Origin: Bacteroidota bacterium
GTDB lineage: Bacteria; Bacteroidota; Bacteroidia; AKYH767-A; JAHEYN01
Reading direction: 5' to 3'
Assembly: GCA_947448795.1 (NCBI GenBank)
Contig: CANFOZ010000002.1
Span: 29,642-93,641, forward strand
Length of the DNA stretch: 64,000 nt
Under the pieces are notes generated by a model. That model did not search any database, was not told where the DNA came from, and saw only the letters and a program-made list of their open reading frames with translations. This document shows positions 49,137 through 59,329 of this stretch, one piece after another. The position numbers and the translations under genes were made by a program. Positions within the stretch are counted from its first letter, which is position 1. Each line of letters begins with the position of its first letter.

Positions 49137-49715
49137 ATGTTTCTCGAACAATCAACCAATCGGAATAGGACCTCTGGATCCATTGAAGTAATCTGCGGAT
49201 CCATGTTCTCGGGCAAGACCGAGGAACTCATTCGGCGTTTAAAGCGTGCACGCATTGCTAAGCAGCGTGTCGAAATCTTCAAACCGCTTGTGGATCAGCG
49301 TTATCATGCTACGGATGTGGTCTCGCACGATGCTAATTCGATCGCATCAACTCCTGTTGATTGTGCTGGCAACATGTTGTTAATGGTAGGCGATATCGAA
49401 GTGGTTGGAATAGATGAGGCTCAATTCTTTGATTCCTTGCTGCCTGAGGTTTGTCAGAAGCTGGCTGCTGCTGGGGTTCGCGTTATCGTTGCTGGCTTGG
49501 ATATGGATTACCTTGGTAATCCGTTCGGCCCAATGCCTCAATTAATGGCAGTTGCTGACCATGTTACAAAGGTTCATGCTATATGTATGAACTGCGGTAG
49601 CCTTGCTCAGCATTCTTTTCGCAAGGCAAATAACGATGCTCAGATTCTATTGGGTGAACAGGAAAGCTACGCAGCCCTCTGTCGATCTTGCTTCCACGAA
49701 CAAGTTTCTAAATAA
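49137..49715 (+). CDS. tdk: Thymidine kinase.
   Basis: P-loop GSMFSGKTEEL and a C-terminal Zn ribbon (CMNCG...CRSC). Confidence 0.9.
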   Translation: MFLEQSTNRNRTSGSIEVICGSMFSGKTEELIRRLKRARIAKQRVEIFKPLVDQRYHATDVVSHDANSIASTPVDCAGNMLLMVGDIEVVGIDEAQFFDSLLPEVCQKLAAAGVRVIVAGLDMDYLGNPFGPMPQLMAVADHVTKVHAICMNCGSLAQHSFRKANNDAQILLGEQESYAALCRSCFHEQVSK

Positions 49716-52234
49716 TGGACCTGCACAGATATACGTTCGAAGATATTGCCAACATCGTTGGTGGATTGATGCAAGGTGCATCACCTTCGGCCGATTGGAG
49801 GCTGAATAAAATCCTCGTGGATAGTCGTAAGGTAAGTGATCCCGACGGTTCGCTTTTCGTTGCTATAGTGGGCGAAAGAAACGATGGACATGCCTACATA
49901 AAAGATTTGATTAATCAAGGCGTGCGTCATTTTCTGATCATGCATTGGGACGACAAATGGGCTTCTTTGCCAGCCTCTTTCATACTCGTGAAAGACACCA
50001 TGGTTGCCCTGCAGATGCTCGCTGCAGCCCATCGTATGAGGTTTGATATTCCTGTCATAGGCATCACGGGAAGCAACGGAAAAACAGTTGTTAAGGAGTG
50101 GCTTTTCCAATTGTTGGGGAGCGATAAAAACATAGTTCGAAGCCCAAAAAGTTATAACTCACAGGTGGGCGTTCCTCTTTCTATATGGCAGATGCAGGTG
50201 GAGCATGAGTTAGGCATCTTCGAAGCAGGGATATCACTTCCTGGGGAAATGAAGAAGCTCCAGAAGATGATACAGCCTACCATCGGTATCTTCACCAATG
50301 CAGGCCAAGCGCATGCTGAAAATTTCCCCGATCAACAGCAGAAGATTAGTGAGAAGATGCTGCTTTTTGAATCCGTAAACAAGTTGATATGGTGCAAGGA
50401 TTACGCCGCCATCACAGCAGCGATTAAAGACGCTAATATCGATGACGAAAAACTTTTTTCATGGTCGCGTAAAAGCAATGCAACGCTTGTTATCTCTAAA
50501 GTTTCTAAACCCGCTCGTCATCAGGATGGTGATACTTCGGAAGGCATTACACGCATTCAAGGAATCTACAAGCACGATTTTATTGACATCGCAATTCCCT
50601 TCTCCGACGAGGCCTCCATTGAAAATGCTATTCATTGCTGGGCCCTTATGTTGCTGCTCGGCTACGACCAAGAACACATTGCCCAGCGGATGCTTTTGCT
50701 CAACCCTGTGGCGATGCGTTTGGAATTAAAAGAGGGAATCAACAACTGCTCTGTCATCAACGATAGTTACAATTCGGATCTGGGATCGTTGGCTATCGCG
50801 CTGGATTTTATGAGCCAACAAAAACAAAACGCCCGCAAGACGGTGATCTTGTCAGATATCTTGCAAAGCGGAAAGAACGACGAGGCGCTCTATCGCGAAG
50901 TAGCGGCTATGCTAGAAGGCAAAGGGGTAGGGAAGTTGATTGGTATCGGCAAGGCAATTTCTGCTAATCAACATCTTTTTGTTGGCGAAAAATCATTTTT
51001 CGAAACAACAGAAGACTTTATTCGAAACTATCCGTCATTCTCTTTTAAAGATGAAACCATCTTGCTGAAAGGGGCGCGGATGTTTGGCTTCGAGGCAATC
51101 TCCAAAACATTACAACAGAAGGCACATCAGACCATTCTTGAAATTAATTTGAATGCACTGATTCATAATCTCAACTTCTATCGTTCCCGGCTAAAGCCTG
51201 AAACGAAGATCATGGGTATGGTGAAGGCCTACTCGTATGGAAGCGGTAGTTTTGAAATCGCCAATGTCCTGCAGTTTCATCGCGTTGATTATTTGGTGGT
51301 TGCATATGCCGACGAAGGCATGGAGCTCCGTCGTCGAGGCATAACCTTGCCGATTATGGTGATGAATCCAGAGGAGCAAAGTTTTGATACCATTATCAAC
51401 CACAATCTCGAACCAGAGATTTATAGTTTTCGAATTCTTAGCCAATTTACAGAGGCCGTGAAGCGTTCTTTGCGTGTTCGGCCTAACCTAGTTGTGCCAA
51501 TTCATCTGAAGCTGGATACGGGCATGCATCGTCTCGGTTTTGAAGAGCAAGAGATTTCAGAGCTCGTTGCTCGCATCAAAAACAATCGCTCGCTGCGCGT
51601 AGCTTCCGTATTCTCTCATCTTGCTGCCAGCGACGAGTCTGCCCAAGACGAGTTTACCCGAAACCAAGCCGATATGTTCAATCGGATTGCCGACGAAATT
51701 TGCTCGCAGTTCTTATATCCTGTGCTTCGCCACATGCTAAATTCGGCGGGCATCATCCGCTTCCCTGAGTATCAGATGGATATGGTTCGATTGGGTATAG
51801 GTCTCTATGGTATTGCGCCTTCTTCGCACGAGCAAAAGCAACTTCAAAATGTGGGGACATTGCGTACCACCATCTCGCAGATACGTTCAGTTACAGCAGG
51901 AGAAACGGTGGGCTATTCTCGCACGGGTAAAGCCATTCGAAACACAACGGTGGCAACTATCGCCATCGGCTATGCAGATGGAATTCCGAGGTCTTTGGGT
52001 AATGGTAAAGGAAAGGTGCTTGTAAATGGTATGTTTGCAGCAACCATCGGCAATGTTTGCATGGATATGATGATGATTAACATCACCGATATTCCTGCAC
52101 GCGAAGGAGATGAAGTTATTTTATTTGGTAGTGAATACCCGGTCTATCAGTTCGCCTCGGATGCAGACATGATACCATACGAGGTTCTAACCGGGATCTC
52201 CCAGCGCGTTAAGCGAATCTATTTTTTTGAGTAA
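49715..52234 (+). CDS. murF: Bifunctional UDP-MurNAc-tripeptide--D-Ala-D-Ala ligase (MurF) / alanine racemase (Alr) fusion.
   Basis: 839 aa. The N-terminal ~440 aa is Mur-ligase (GITGSNGKTVVKEW). The C-terminal ~390 aa is alanine racemase (the PLP Lys in VKAYSYGSG, and MDMMMI). Confidence 0.85.
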   Translation: MDLHRYTFEDIANIVGGLMQGASPSADWRLNKILVDSRKVSDPDGSLFVAIVGERNDGHAYIKDLINQGVRHFLIMHWDDKWASLPASFILVKDTMVALQMLAAAHRMRFDIPVIGITGSNGKTVVKEWLFQLLGSDKNIVRSPKSYNSQVGVPLSIWQMQVEHELGIFEAGISLPGEMKKLQKMIQPTIGIFTNAGQAHAENFPDQQQKISEKMLLFESVNKLIWCKDYAAITAAIKDANIDDEKLFSWSRKSNATLVISKVSKPARHQDGDTSEGITRIQGIYKHDFIDIAIPFSDEASIENAIHCWALMLLLGYDQEHIAQRMLLLNPVAMRLELKEGINNCSVINDSYNSDLGSLAIALDFMSQQKQNARKTVILSDILQSGKNDEALYREVAAMLEGKGVGKLIGIGKAISANQHLFVGEKSFFETTEDFIRNYPSFSFKDETILLKGARMFGFEAISKTLQQKAHQTILEINLNALIHNLNFYRSRLKPETKIMGMVKAYSYGSGSFEIANVLQFHRVDYLVVAYADEGMELRRRGITLPIMVMNPEEQSFDTIINHNLEPEIYSFRILSQFTEAVKRSLRVRPNLVVPIHLKLDTGMHRLGFEEQEISELVARIKNNRSLRVASVFSHLAASDESAQDEFTRNQADMFNRIADEICSQFLYPVLRHMLNSAGIIRFPEYQMDMVRLGIGLYGIAPSSHEQKQLQNVGTLRTTISQIRSVTAGETVGYSRTGKAIRNTTVATIAIGYADGIPRSLGNGKGKVLVNGMFAATIGNVCMDMMMINITDIPAREGDEVILFGSEYPVYQFASDADMIPYEVLTGISQRVKRIYFFE

Positions 52235-52240
52235 CAGTCC

Positions 52241-53368
52241 TTAGTTGCGAAAAATCCAGGCTGTACTGTCTTCCTTGCTTTTCACTTCGTGTAAAAGAAC
52301 CACCGCTTCTCTACGACGCGCAAAGTCTTTGTAAATAACCATGGTCAAGCCTTTGTTGGTGATTCCTGCAATGCTTGCTTGATAGCCTTTTTTTCGAAGC
52401 ATCTCGAGCATTTTCTCGGCATTGGATTGCACCGAGAAACAGCCGGCTACAACCAGGTATTGTTTTAATGTCGGTTCGGCCGAACTAAGAGCCGATGCGG
52501 GCGCCTGAGCTGGGGTTTCAATGGATGCTGCAGCTGGCTCCGGTGTGGCCGGTGTACTTGTAACTATGGCTGTTTCCTGCACTTCAGATTCTGCAACTTG
52601 CTGCAACGTATCTAAAGCTACTTCGTTTGTAGTGCTTTGCGCTGTTTGACTTTCGATCGGTTGTGTTGACTCTGCTTCGTGCTTGACAACCGGCACGGTA
52701 TCCATTTTCTTTGGATGCATCCATGAGCTATCCGAAAATGGATTCAGCATGGCCAATTGCTGCTGACTTGTTGGAAGATATCCGGAGCGGTAGGAGAGCC
52801 AACCGATTTCTCCCAAGCAAGCTAAAGCCATGATAGCAGCCGCTACTTTCCATTGTGTGGGGGAAAGGAAGCGAAGCTTTGGTTTTTTAACCGTGTTCTT
52901 TTTAGCGGTAGACTCGGCAGCGATTTTTTCAAACGCACCTTCTCTTTTCACGGCAGGCGATTGAACTTCGATGAGTCCAAAAGAATCCAAGAGATAATTG
53001 ACCTTGGTTTCTGCTTCGAAGCGAAGATTTTTTTCAATATCGTAATGCAATACCCCAATCTGTTCGAGGTCTAAACGTCTAGTTGATTCAAGCTCTTTAT
53101 TCCATCCTTCAATTTCGCGCGCGATGCTGAGATTGGCTTCTGGGTAGGAAATGTTCTCCGCTTCAGCGATTCGGTTTGCAAGCAGACCGTCGTTATTTTG
53201 GAGGCTGCGGTTGAAGGCGATATGCTTTGATGGAGGACTGAAGGTGTGTTGCGTTGGATGAATACGTGCACCTTGATAATTGGCCACAAATCCCCCAAAA
53301 CCTGGAACAATCACACAATCGTGACGATACAACAGATAGCTTATATGAGGGGTGATTTTCGGATCCAT
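52241..53368 (-). CDS. SPOR-domain protein with an N-terminal HU-like/CCDC81-like domain.
   Basis: C-terminal SPOR domain (YLVVAGCFSVQSNAEKMLEMLRKKGYQA...VIYKDF), a central TM helix and a Pro/Thr/Ala-rich linker. Confidence 0.65.
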   Translation of the reverse strand: MDPKITPHISYLLYRHDCVIVPGFGGFVANYQGARIHPTQHTFSPPSKHIAFNRSLQNNDGLLANRIAEAENISYPEANLSIAREIEGWNKELESTRRLDLEQIGVLHYDIEKNLRFEAETKVNYLLDSFGLIEVQSPAVKREGAFEKIAAESTAKKNTVKKPKLRFLSPTQWKVAAAIMALACLGEIGWLSYRSGYLPTSQQQLAMLNPFSDSSWMHPKKMDTVPVVKHEAESTQPIESQTAQSTTNEVALDTLQQVAESEVQETAIVTSTPATPEPAAASIETPAQAPASALSSAEPTLKQYLVVAGCFSVQSNAEKMLEMLRKKGYQASIAGITNKGLTMVIYKDFARRREAVVLLHEVKSKEDSTAWIFRN

Positions 53369-53398
53369 AGTTAGGTATTGAATGCGAATTTAAGAAAA

Positions 53399-54160
53399 TT
53401 ATTGCGATTCGTCGAGCATTGCTGCTGTAATCTTCTTTAGATCGTCTGGCACATCGATAGAGACACTCTCGTGTTGGGTAATGCATATACCGATGCGAAT
53501 GCCGTTTTCAAGCCAGCGCAGCTGTTCCAGAGATTCGGCTAGTTCAAGGGGCGAGGGTGCTAAAAGCGCGATCTTCTCGAGCACCGAAGCACGATAAGCA
53601 TAAATTCCAATGTGTTTGTAATAAGCGTGTTTTTCGGTCCATTGGCTTTGTTCTTCGCCGCGCAAAAAAGGAATAGGTGAGCGGCTAAAATAGATGGCCT
53701 GCAAGGATTGGTTGAAAATTACTTTTGGAACATTTGGATTGAACAGACTTGCGCTGTCAGTCAGCTTTTTTGCTAAGGTGGCGATCGCTGTTTCGGGCTT
53801 GCTAAAACTGGCTACAAGGAGGTTGAGTTGTGTAGCATCAACAAAGGGTTCGTCGCCTTGAATATTAACAACAACAGCTGGTTTTGTAGGCATTTTGTCA
53901 AGCACTTCTGCGCATCGGTCTGTCCCGCTGCGATGCGTACTTAGCGTCATCACCGCCTTTCCTCCGAATGCCAATACATGATCGAATATCCGAGCATCGT
54001 CAGTGGCCACTACAATTTCTTGGAAGCACGTAGCTTTTTGAACTTGTCGATAGACCCTTTGAATCATCGATAGTCCGCCAATTTCAACCAATGGTTTGCC
54101 AGGGAATCGGGTTGATGCAAAGCGTGCCGGGATAATAGCTACTGCGTGAATGGATGTCAT
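53399..54160 (-). CDS. kdsB: 3-deoxy-manno-octulosonate cytidylyltransferase (CMP-KDO synthetase).
   Basis: Start taken at MTSIHAVAIIPARFASTRFPGKPL, which avoids overlap with the upstream gene. VNIQGDEPF and SPLE motifs. Confidence 0.85.
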   Translation of the reverse strand: MTSIHAVAIIPARFASTRFPGKPLVEIGGLSMIQRVYRQVQKATCFQEIVVATDDARIFDHVLAFGGKAVMTLSTHRSGTDRCAEVLDKMPTKPAVVVNIQGDEPFVDATQLNLLVASFSKPETAIATLAKKLTDSASLFNPNVPKVIFNQSLQAIYFSRSPIPFLRGEEQSQWTEKHAYYKHIGIYAYRASVLEKIALLAPSPLELAESLEQLRWLENGIRIGICITQHESVSIDVPDDLKKITAAMLDESQ

Positions 54161-54177
54161 GTTGCTTCCTAATGTAT

Positions 54178-55176
54178 TTAGAAACGGCCCCAATTTTCAA
54201 GTTCTTCGGCAGTCCATAAAGCAGGGTAGAAAATGCGTTTTTGAAAGCGCGGAGGCAGGTACTTCTGCCAGTTTGTACCACCTGTCGCAGGAGCGTCACC
54301 CGATTTGCTTTGAAGGTAACGTGCCGCTGATTTATAATGCACCAAAGGCCAGCGTACGTTCACATTTAAATCGAGCTCGCGTAAGGCCGCAATTAAATCC
54401 TTGTTCTCTTGGTCCGCTTTTGGAAGAGCGGTGTATTTAGCCCAAAGATTTCGGCTTGCATATTCTTTAGCCAAGGTTACAAACTCTTCGGAGTATTTTT
54501 CTTCGAACTGCTTCAGGGTAAGTGTTTTCTTGCCTGTTTCTGCTTCGGTAGCGCCTTGTTTCCAGTAGATGTATTGATACATCTCTTCGATGCTATGGGA
54601 GCCGCCTTTGGGGAATTTATCGCGATGGTCTTTATCCACCAAGTTGATCATGTCTGCGCAGCTAATCTCAATCATGCGGTATTGCGCACTTTGAAAACCG
54701 CTTGCAGGCAGCAAAGCCATCCGGAAACGAGAGAACTGCTCAGGATCCATGCCGTCGACCATTATGTCAAAAGACTTTGTTAGGCTTTCGAAGTATCTGT
54801 TTACTCTGTTGATGCGGTCAATAAAATAGGGCACTTCCAAGGTGTTCTTCCAACCTTCGTCTTTGCCATTCGGGGCGATGTTTTTTCCGTTGTAGGCTAT
54901 TTGTTGTAGCTCGTGTAAACAGAGTTTAAAATTGAGCTCAGTGATTTGATGGTAGACGATGAAAATCAACTCGTCTGGGAAGTCGGTACGCGGGTTTTGT
55001 AGATTAAGCAGCTTATCTGTGTGCACATAATCCCAATAGGTAAGATAGTTAGATAGCAGCAGGCCATCCAAATAGGCAGCCATATCTTGTCCCATGGCGG
55101 CGTATTTTTGCTCGAGCTTTTGAATGCGTTCAACGATCTCCGGTTTCAGTTCCATAATGTTGTTTTGTGTCTGCAA
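54178..55176 (-). CDS. kynA: Tryptophan 2,3-dioxygenase family protein.
   Basis: LIFIVYHQITELNFKL and SGFQSAQYRMIE match the bacterial TDO heme-pocket motifs (FIIQHQTSELW, SGFQSLQYR). Confidence 0.7.
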   Translation of the reverse strand: MQTQNNIMELKPEIVERIQKLEQKYAAMGQDMAAYLDGLLLSNYLTYWDYVHTDKLLNLQNPRTDFPDELIFIVYHQITELNFKLCLHELQQIAYNGKNIAPNGKDEGWKNTLEVPYFIDRINRVNRYFESLTKSFDIMVDGMDPEQFSRFRMALLPASGFQSAQYRMIEISCADMINLVDKDHRDKFPKGGSHSIEEMYQYIYWKQGATEAETGKKTLTLKQFEEKYSEEFVTLAKEYASRNLWAKYTALPKADQENKDLIAALRELDLNVNVRWPLVHYKSAARYLQSKSGDAPATGGTNWQKYLPPRFQKRIFYPALWTAEELENWGRF

Positions 55177-55241
55177 TGTATGAAAAAAAGCGCCAACAAG
55201 AGGTTAATCCTGTTGGCGCTTAAGTTTGAAGAAAGGCATTT

Positions 55242-56039
55242 TTAAGGGCTGACCTTTGAAATCGGATTTAGCAAGCCAGAATAATCAATGAGGTCCATTT
55301 TAATGGATCCGACTAAAATTTTTGCTTCGGCACGGATAGGGATTTTGTTTTCATCATCCGTTATCCAAACATTCATGTCTTCTTCGTGTTTGAAGATGCG
55401 GCCCGTTTGTATAACCGGACGAAAGATCATGCACTTAAAGGTGCCAAGATCTGTGGTGATGGTTTCACGACCAATAAATCTGATTTTTGCTGAGAAAAGG
55501 GTATCGTCAACAAAACACGGGACTGTAATTAATTCGCCTGGTTTGGCGTGTCGCATGTCTTGTGTTCTTGCAAAATAGTAGGCCGAAAGAAGATCCTGAA
55601 CATAAGCCGGTGTATTCACAAGTTTCTTGCCCGTAAAAACGGTTTCTTTGTTCGGATTGAAGATATAGTCTTGTTTTATGGAGTACCCCCCTTCATCAAC
55701 TCTGCGGATAAAGGCCAAAGGCGCGATCATGTCTTTGTCGATATAGGTTTCGTAGCGATCACGCACCTTGAAAAACCAATCGAAGGTTCGGCTTGATTCG
55801 CCCACACCAACTACTCGAAACGTGCTGCGTCCACACATTTCAGAAGGTTGGTCTTGGATTTTTATTGAGGCATATCCGGCATCAATCCATCCGTAATATA
55901 CTTTGTATTTAATGAATTCGCCGTGGGTGAAAGAGTGGTTGTTAACTTTGCGTGTATCGTCTTGGCAAAAGCCAAGGATAGGGAGAATAAGACCAAGAAA
56001 AAGGGGAAGTGCTATTTTTTTCATAGGACAGATTTTCAA
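55242..56039 (-). CDS. Secreted DUF3108-like protein.
   Basis: Signal peptide, ~240-aa beta-rich body (YKVYYGWIDAGYASIKI...). The family assignment is from memory. Confidence 0.4.
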   Translation of the reverse strand: MKICPMKKIALPLFLGLILPILGFCQDDTRKVNNHSFTHGEFIKYKVYYGWIDAGYASIKIQDQPSEMCGRSTFRVVGVGESSRTFDWFFKVRDRYETYIDKDMIAPLAFIRRVDEGGYSIKQDYIFNPNKETVFTGKKLVNTPAYVQDLLSAYYFARTQDMRHAKPGELITVPCFVDDTLFSAKIRFIGRETITTDLGTFKCMIFRPVIQTGRIFKHEEDMNVWITDDENKIPIRAEAKILVGSIKMDLIDYSGLLNPISKVSP

Positions 56040-56104
56040 GGTGCATACAAATGTAGTGCCATTCTTTTCGACAAGGTAAAATCTTTATCTAATTTCGTAT
56101 TTCT

Positions 56105-56557
56105 ATGAGGGCATTAATACAACGCGTTTCGTCAGCATCGGTTACGGTGGACGGTGAAGTTATTTCCAACATCGGCCTCGGAGCATTGGTATTATTAGGG
56201 ATCGAAGATCGCGATGGTGCTGAGGATATTGAATGGTTGGTAGGCAAAATCACCAAGCTCCGAATTTTTGACGACCCGCAAGGCGTCATGAATTATTCTG
56301 TGAAAGATGTTGCTGGTGAGCTTTTGGTGGTTAGTCAATTTACCTTGATGGCAAGCACCCAAAAAGGCAATAGGCCATCGTATATTCGGGCTTCTCGACC
56401 TGAACAGGCACGATTAATTTATCACTCCTTCATCACATCCTTGGAACTAAATATGGAGAGGTCTGTAAAAACAGGGGAGTTTGGTGCGATGATGCAGGTT
56501 GCATTAGTAAACGCAGGTCCAGTGACTATTTTTATAGATAGTCACAACAGGGAATAG
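56105..56557 (+). CDS. dtd: D-aminoacyl-tRNA deacylase.
   Basis: MRALIQRV..., SQFTL motif and NAGPVT C-terminal motif; 150 aa. Confidence 0.9.
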   Translation: MRALIQRVSSASVTVDGEVISNIGLGALVLLGIEDRDGAEDIEWLVGKITKLRIFDDPQGVMNYSVKDVAGELLVVSQFTLMASTQKGNRPSYIRASRPEQARLIYHSFITSLELNMERSVKTGEFGAMMQVALVNAGPVTIFIDSHNRE

Positions 56558-56560
56558 GAT

Positions 56561-57319
56561 TTAAATTTCCTTCTTTGCCACGCGCAGAAATTTCTGCATT
56601 TGCACCCAAATATAAACACTATCAACGCTGGCCGGCCAAAGGGCTCGTGAGCCATGAACGCCGCGCGGCTCAGGCACATAGAAGTATTTGACTGCTGAAT
56701 GAACCCCTTCAATCAAGAATTGCACATCGGCTTTTTCTTCGGGGGTGCATACAATGAATACGGGCTTGGTGAGGCCTTCTATGGTATCGTGCACATTCAA
56801 TTTTCCGTCGAAATATTCGCCAGGCGAGAAGGCGAGTGCAGCAGCAACATGTTCATTTTCTTTGGCGATTTTTAAAACCAATGAAGCGGAGTAGGAGCTA
56901 CCCAATAGGATTACCTTTTGGCCAGTTAATGCATAGCAATATTCGACGGCAGCGAGAATGTCTTTTTCTGATTCTAGATAAGTGCTTTTCTTTTGAGCGC
57001 TATCTGCGGCAGCGGCAGTCTCGTTTTTGATGCCGTTCACTTCTCCGCCTGAACGCTGGTCGATGGCGATGCAGTTGAAGCCAAGATCATTGAATTTTTT
57101 TGCGGTAAAAAGGTATTCACCCCTGCTGAATTTACCCTGATGACAGAGAACAATCATGGGCGAGGTGTCGTCCAGCTTGTAGAAATCGGCTGTTATAGGC
57201 AGACTGTCAAGCGAAGGAAAGTGTATTTTTTCCTGTGCCATTAATTGGTTGATACCGAGCATCAGTAAAACCAGAAACGGGAGTTTTCTTTTCATCATTG
57301 TAGATCGTGCTATCAACAA
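56561..57319 (-). CDS. Secreted alpha/beta hydrolase (dienelactone-hydrolase-like).
   Basis: Signal peptide. The nucleophile elbow is GSSYS, and Asp/His residues lie downstream. Confidence 0.6.
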   Translation of the reverse strand: MLIARSTMMKRKLPFLVLLMLGINQLMAQEKIHFPSLDSLPITADFYKLDDTSPMIVLCHQGKFSRGEYLFTAKKFNDLGFNCIAIDQRSGGEVNGIKNETAAAADSAQKKSTYLESEKDILAAVEYCYALTGQKVILLGSSYSASLVLKIAKENEHVAAALAFSPGEYFDGKLNVHDTIEGLTKPVFIVCTPEEKADVQFLIEGVHSAVKYFYVPEPRGVHGSRALWPASVDSVYIWVQMQKFLRVAKKEI

Positions 57320-57367
57320 GAAAGCCCCGAAATAATCAGGGCTTAACTTGTTTCAATTGGTATTTTT

Positions 57368-57607
57368 CTAGACGACTTCAGCCAGCAGAATAACTTTGTT
57401 TTTCAGTACCTCGATAACCCCACCGCCGATCGTAAAGGTTTTTAACCCTTCAGCAGATTTGACCTTCACCGTGCCTTTTTGCAAGGTAGAGATGATCGGT
57501 GCGTGATTTTTCAGTACTTGGAATTCGCCATCGGTGCCAGGCACCTTAACCGAATTCACTTCGCCACTGAACAATTTTTTCTCGGGAGTGATAATATCTA
57601 AATACAT
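57368..57607 (-). CDS. atpC: F0F1 ATP synthase epsilon subunit.
   Basis: 79 aa, beta-sandwich only (MYLDIITPEKKLFSGEV...VLKNHAP). Confidence 0.85.
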   Translation of the reverse strand: MYLDIITPEKKLFSGEVNSVKVPGTDGEFQVLKNHAPIISTLQKGTVKVKSAEGLKTFTIGGGVIEVLKNKVILLAEVV

Positions 57608-57620
57608 CCTTTGCTATTGA

Positions 57621-59138
<1,518 letters not shown>

Positions 59139-59329
59139 TTAAATTGAATTTCAGGGCGCGAAGTTATTCATTATTATTGAAAGCATGAAGTGTGTTGATA
59201 AATAATCAGGAATTTTTAATAAGATTTATACTAAAAACATGCTTAAAAGAACGATTTGTAGTTTTTTTAGCAACGGTTCGATTTTTTAATTCCTGAAAAT
59301 AAAACATTCTCTTTTCCTATTTTTGTCGG

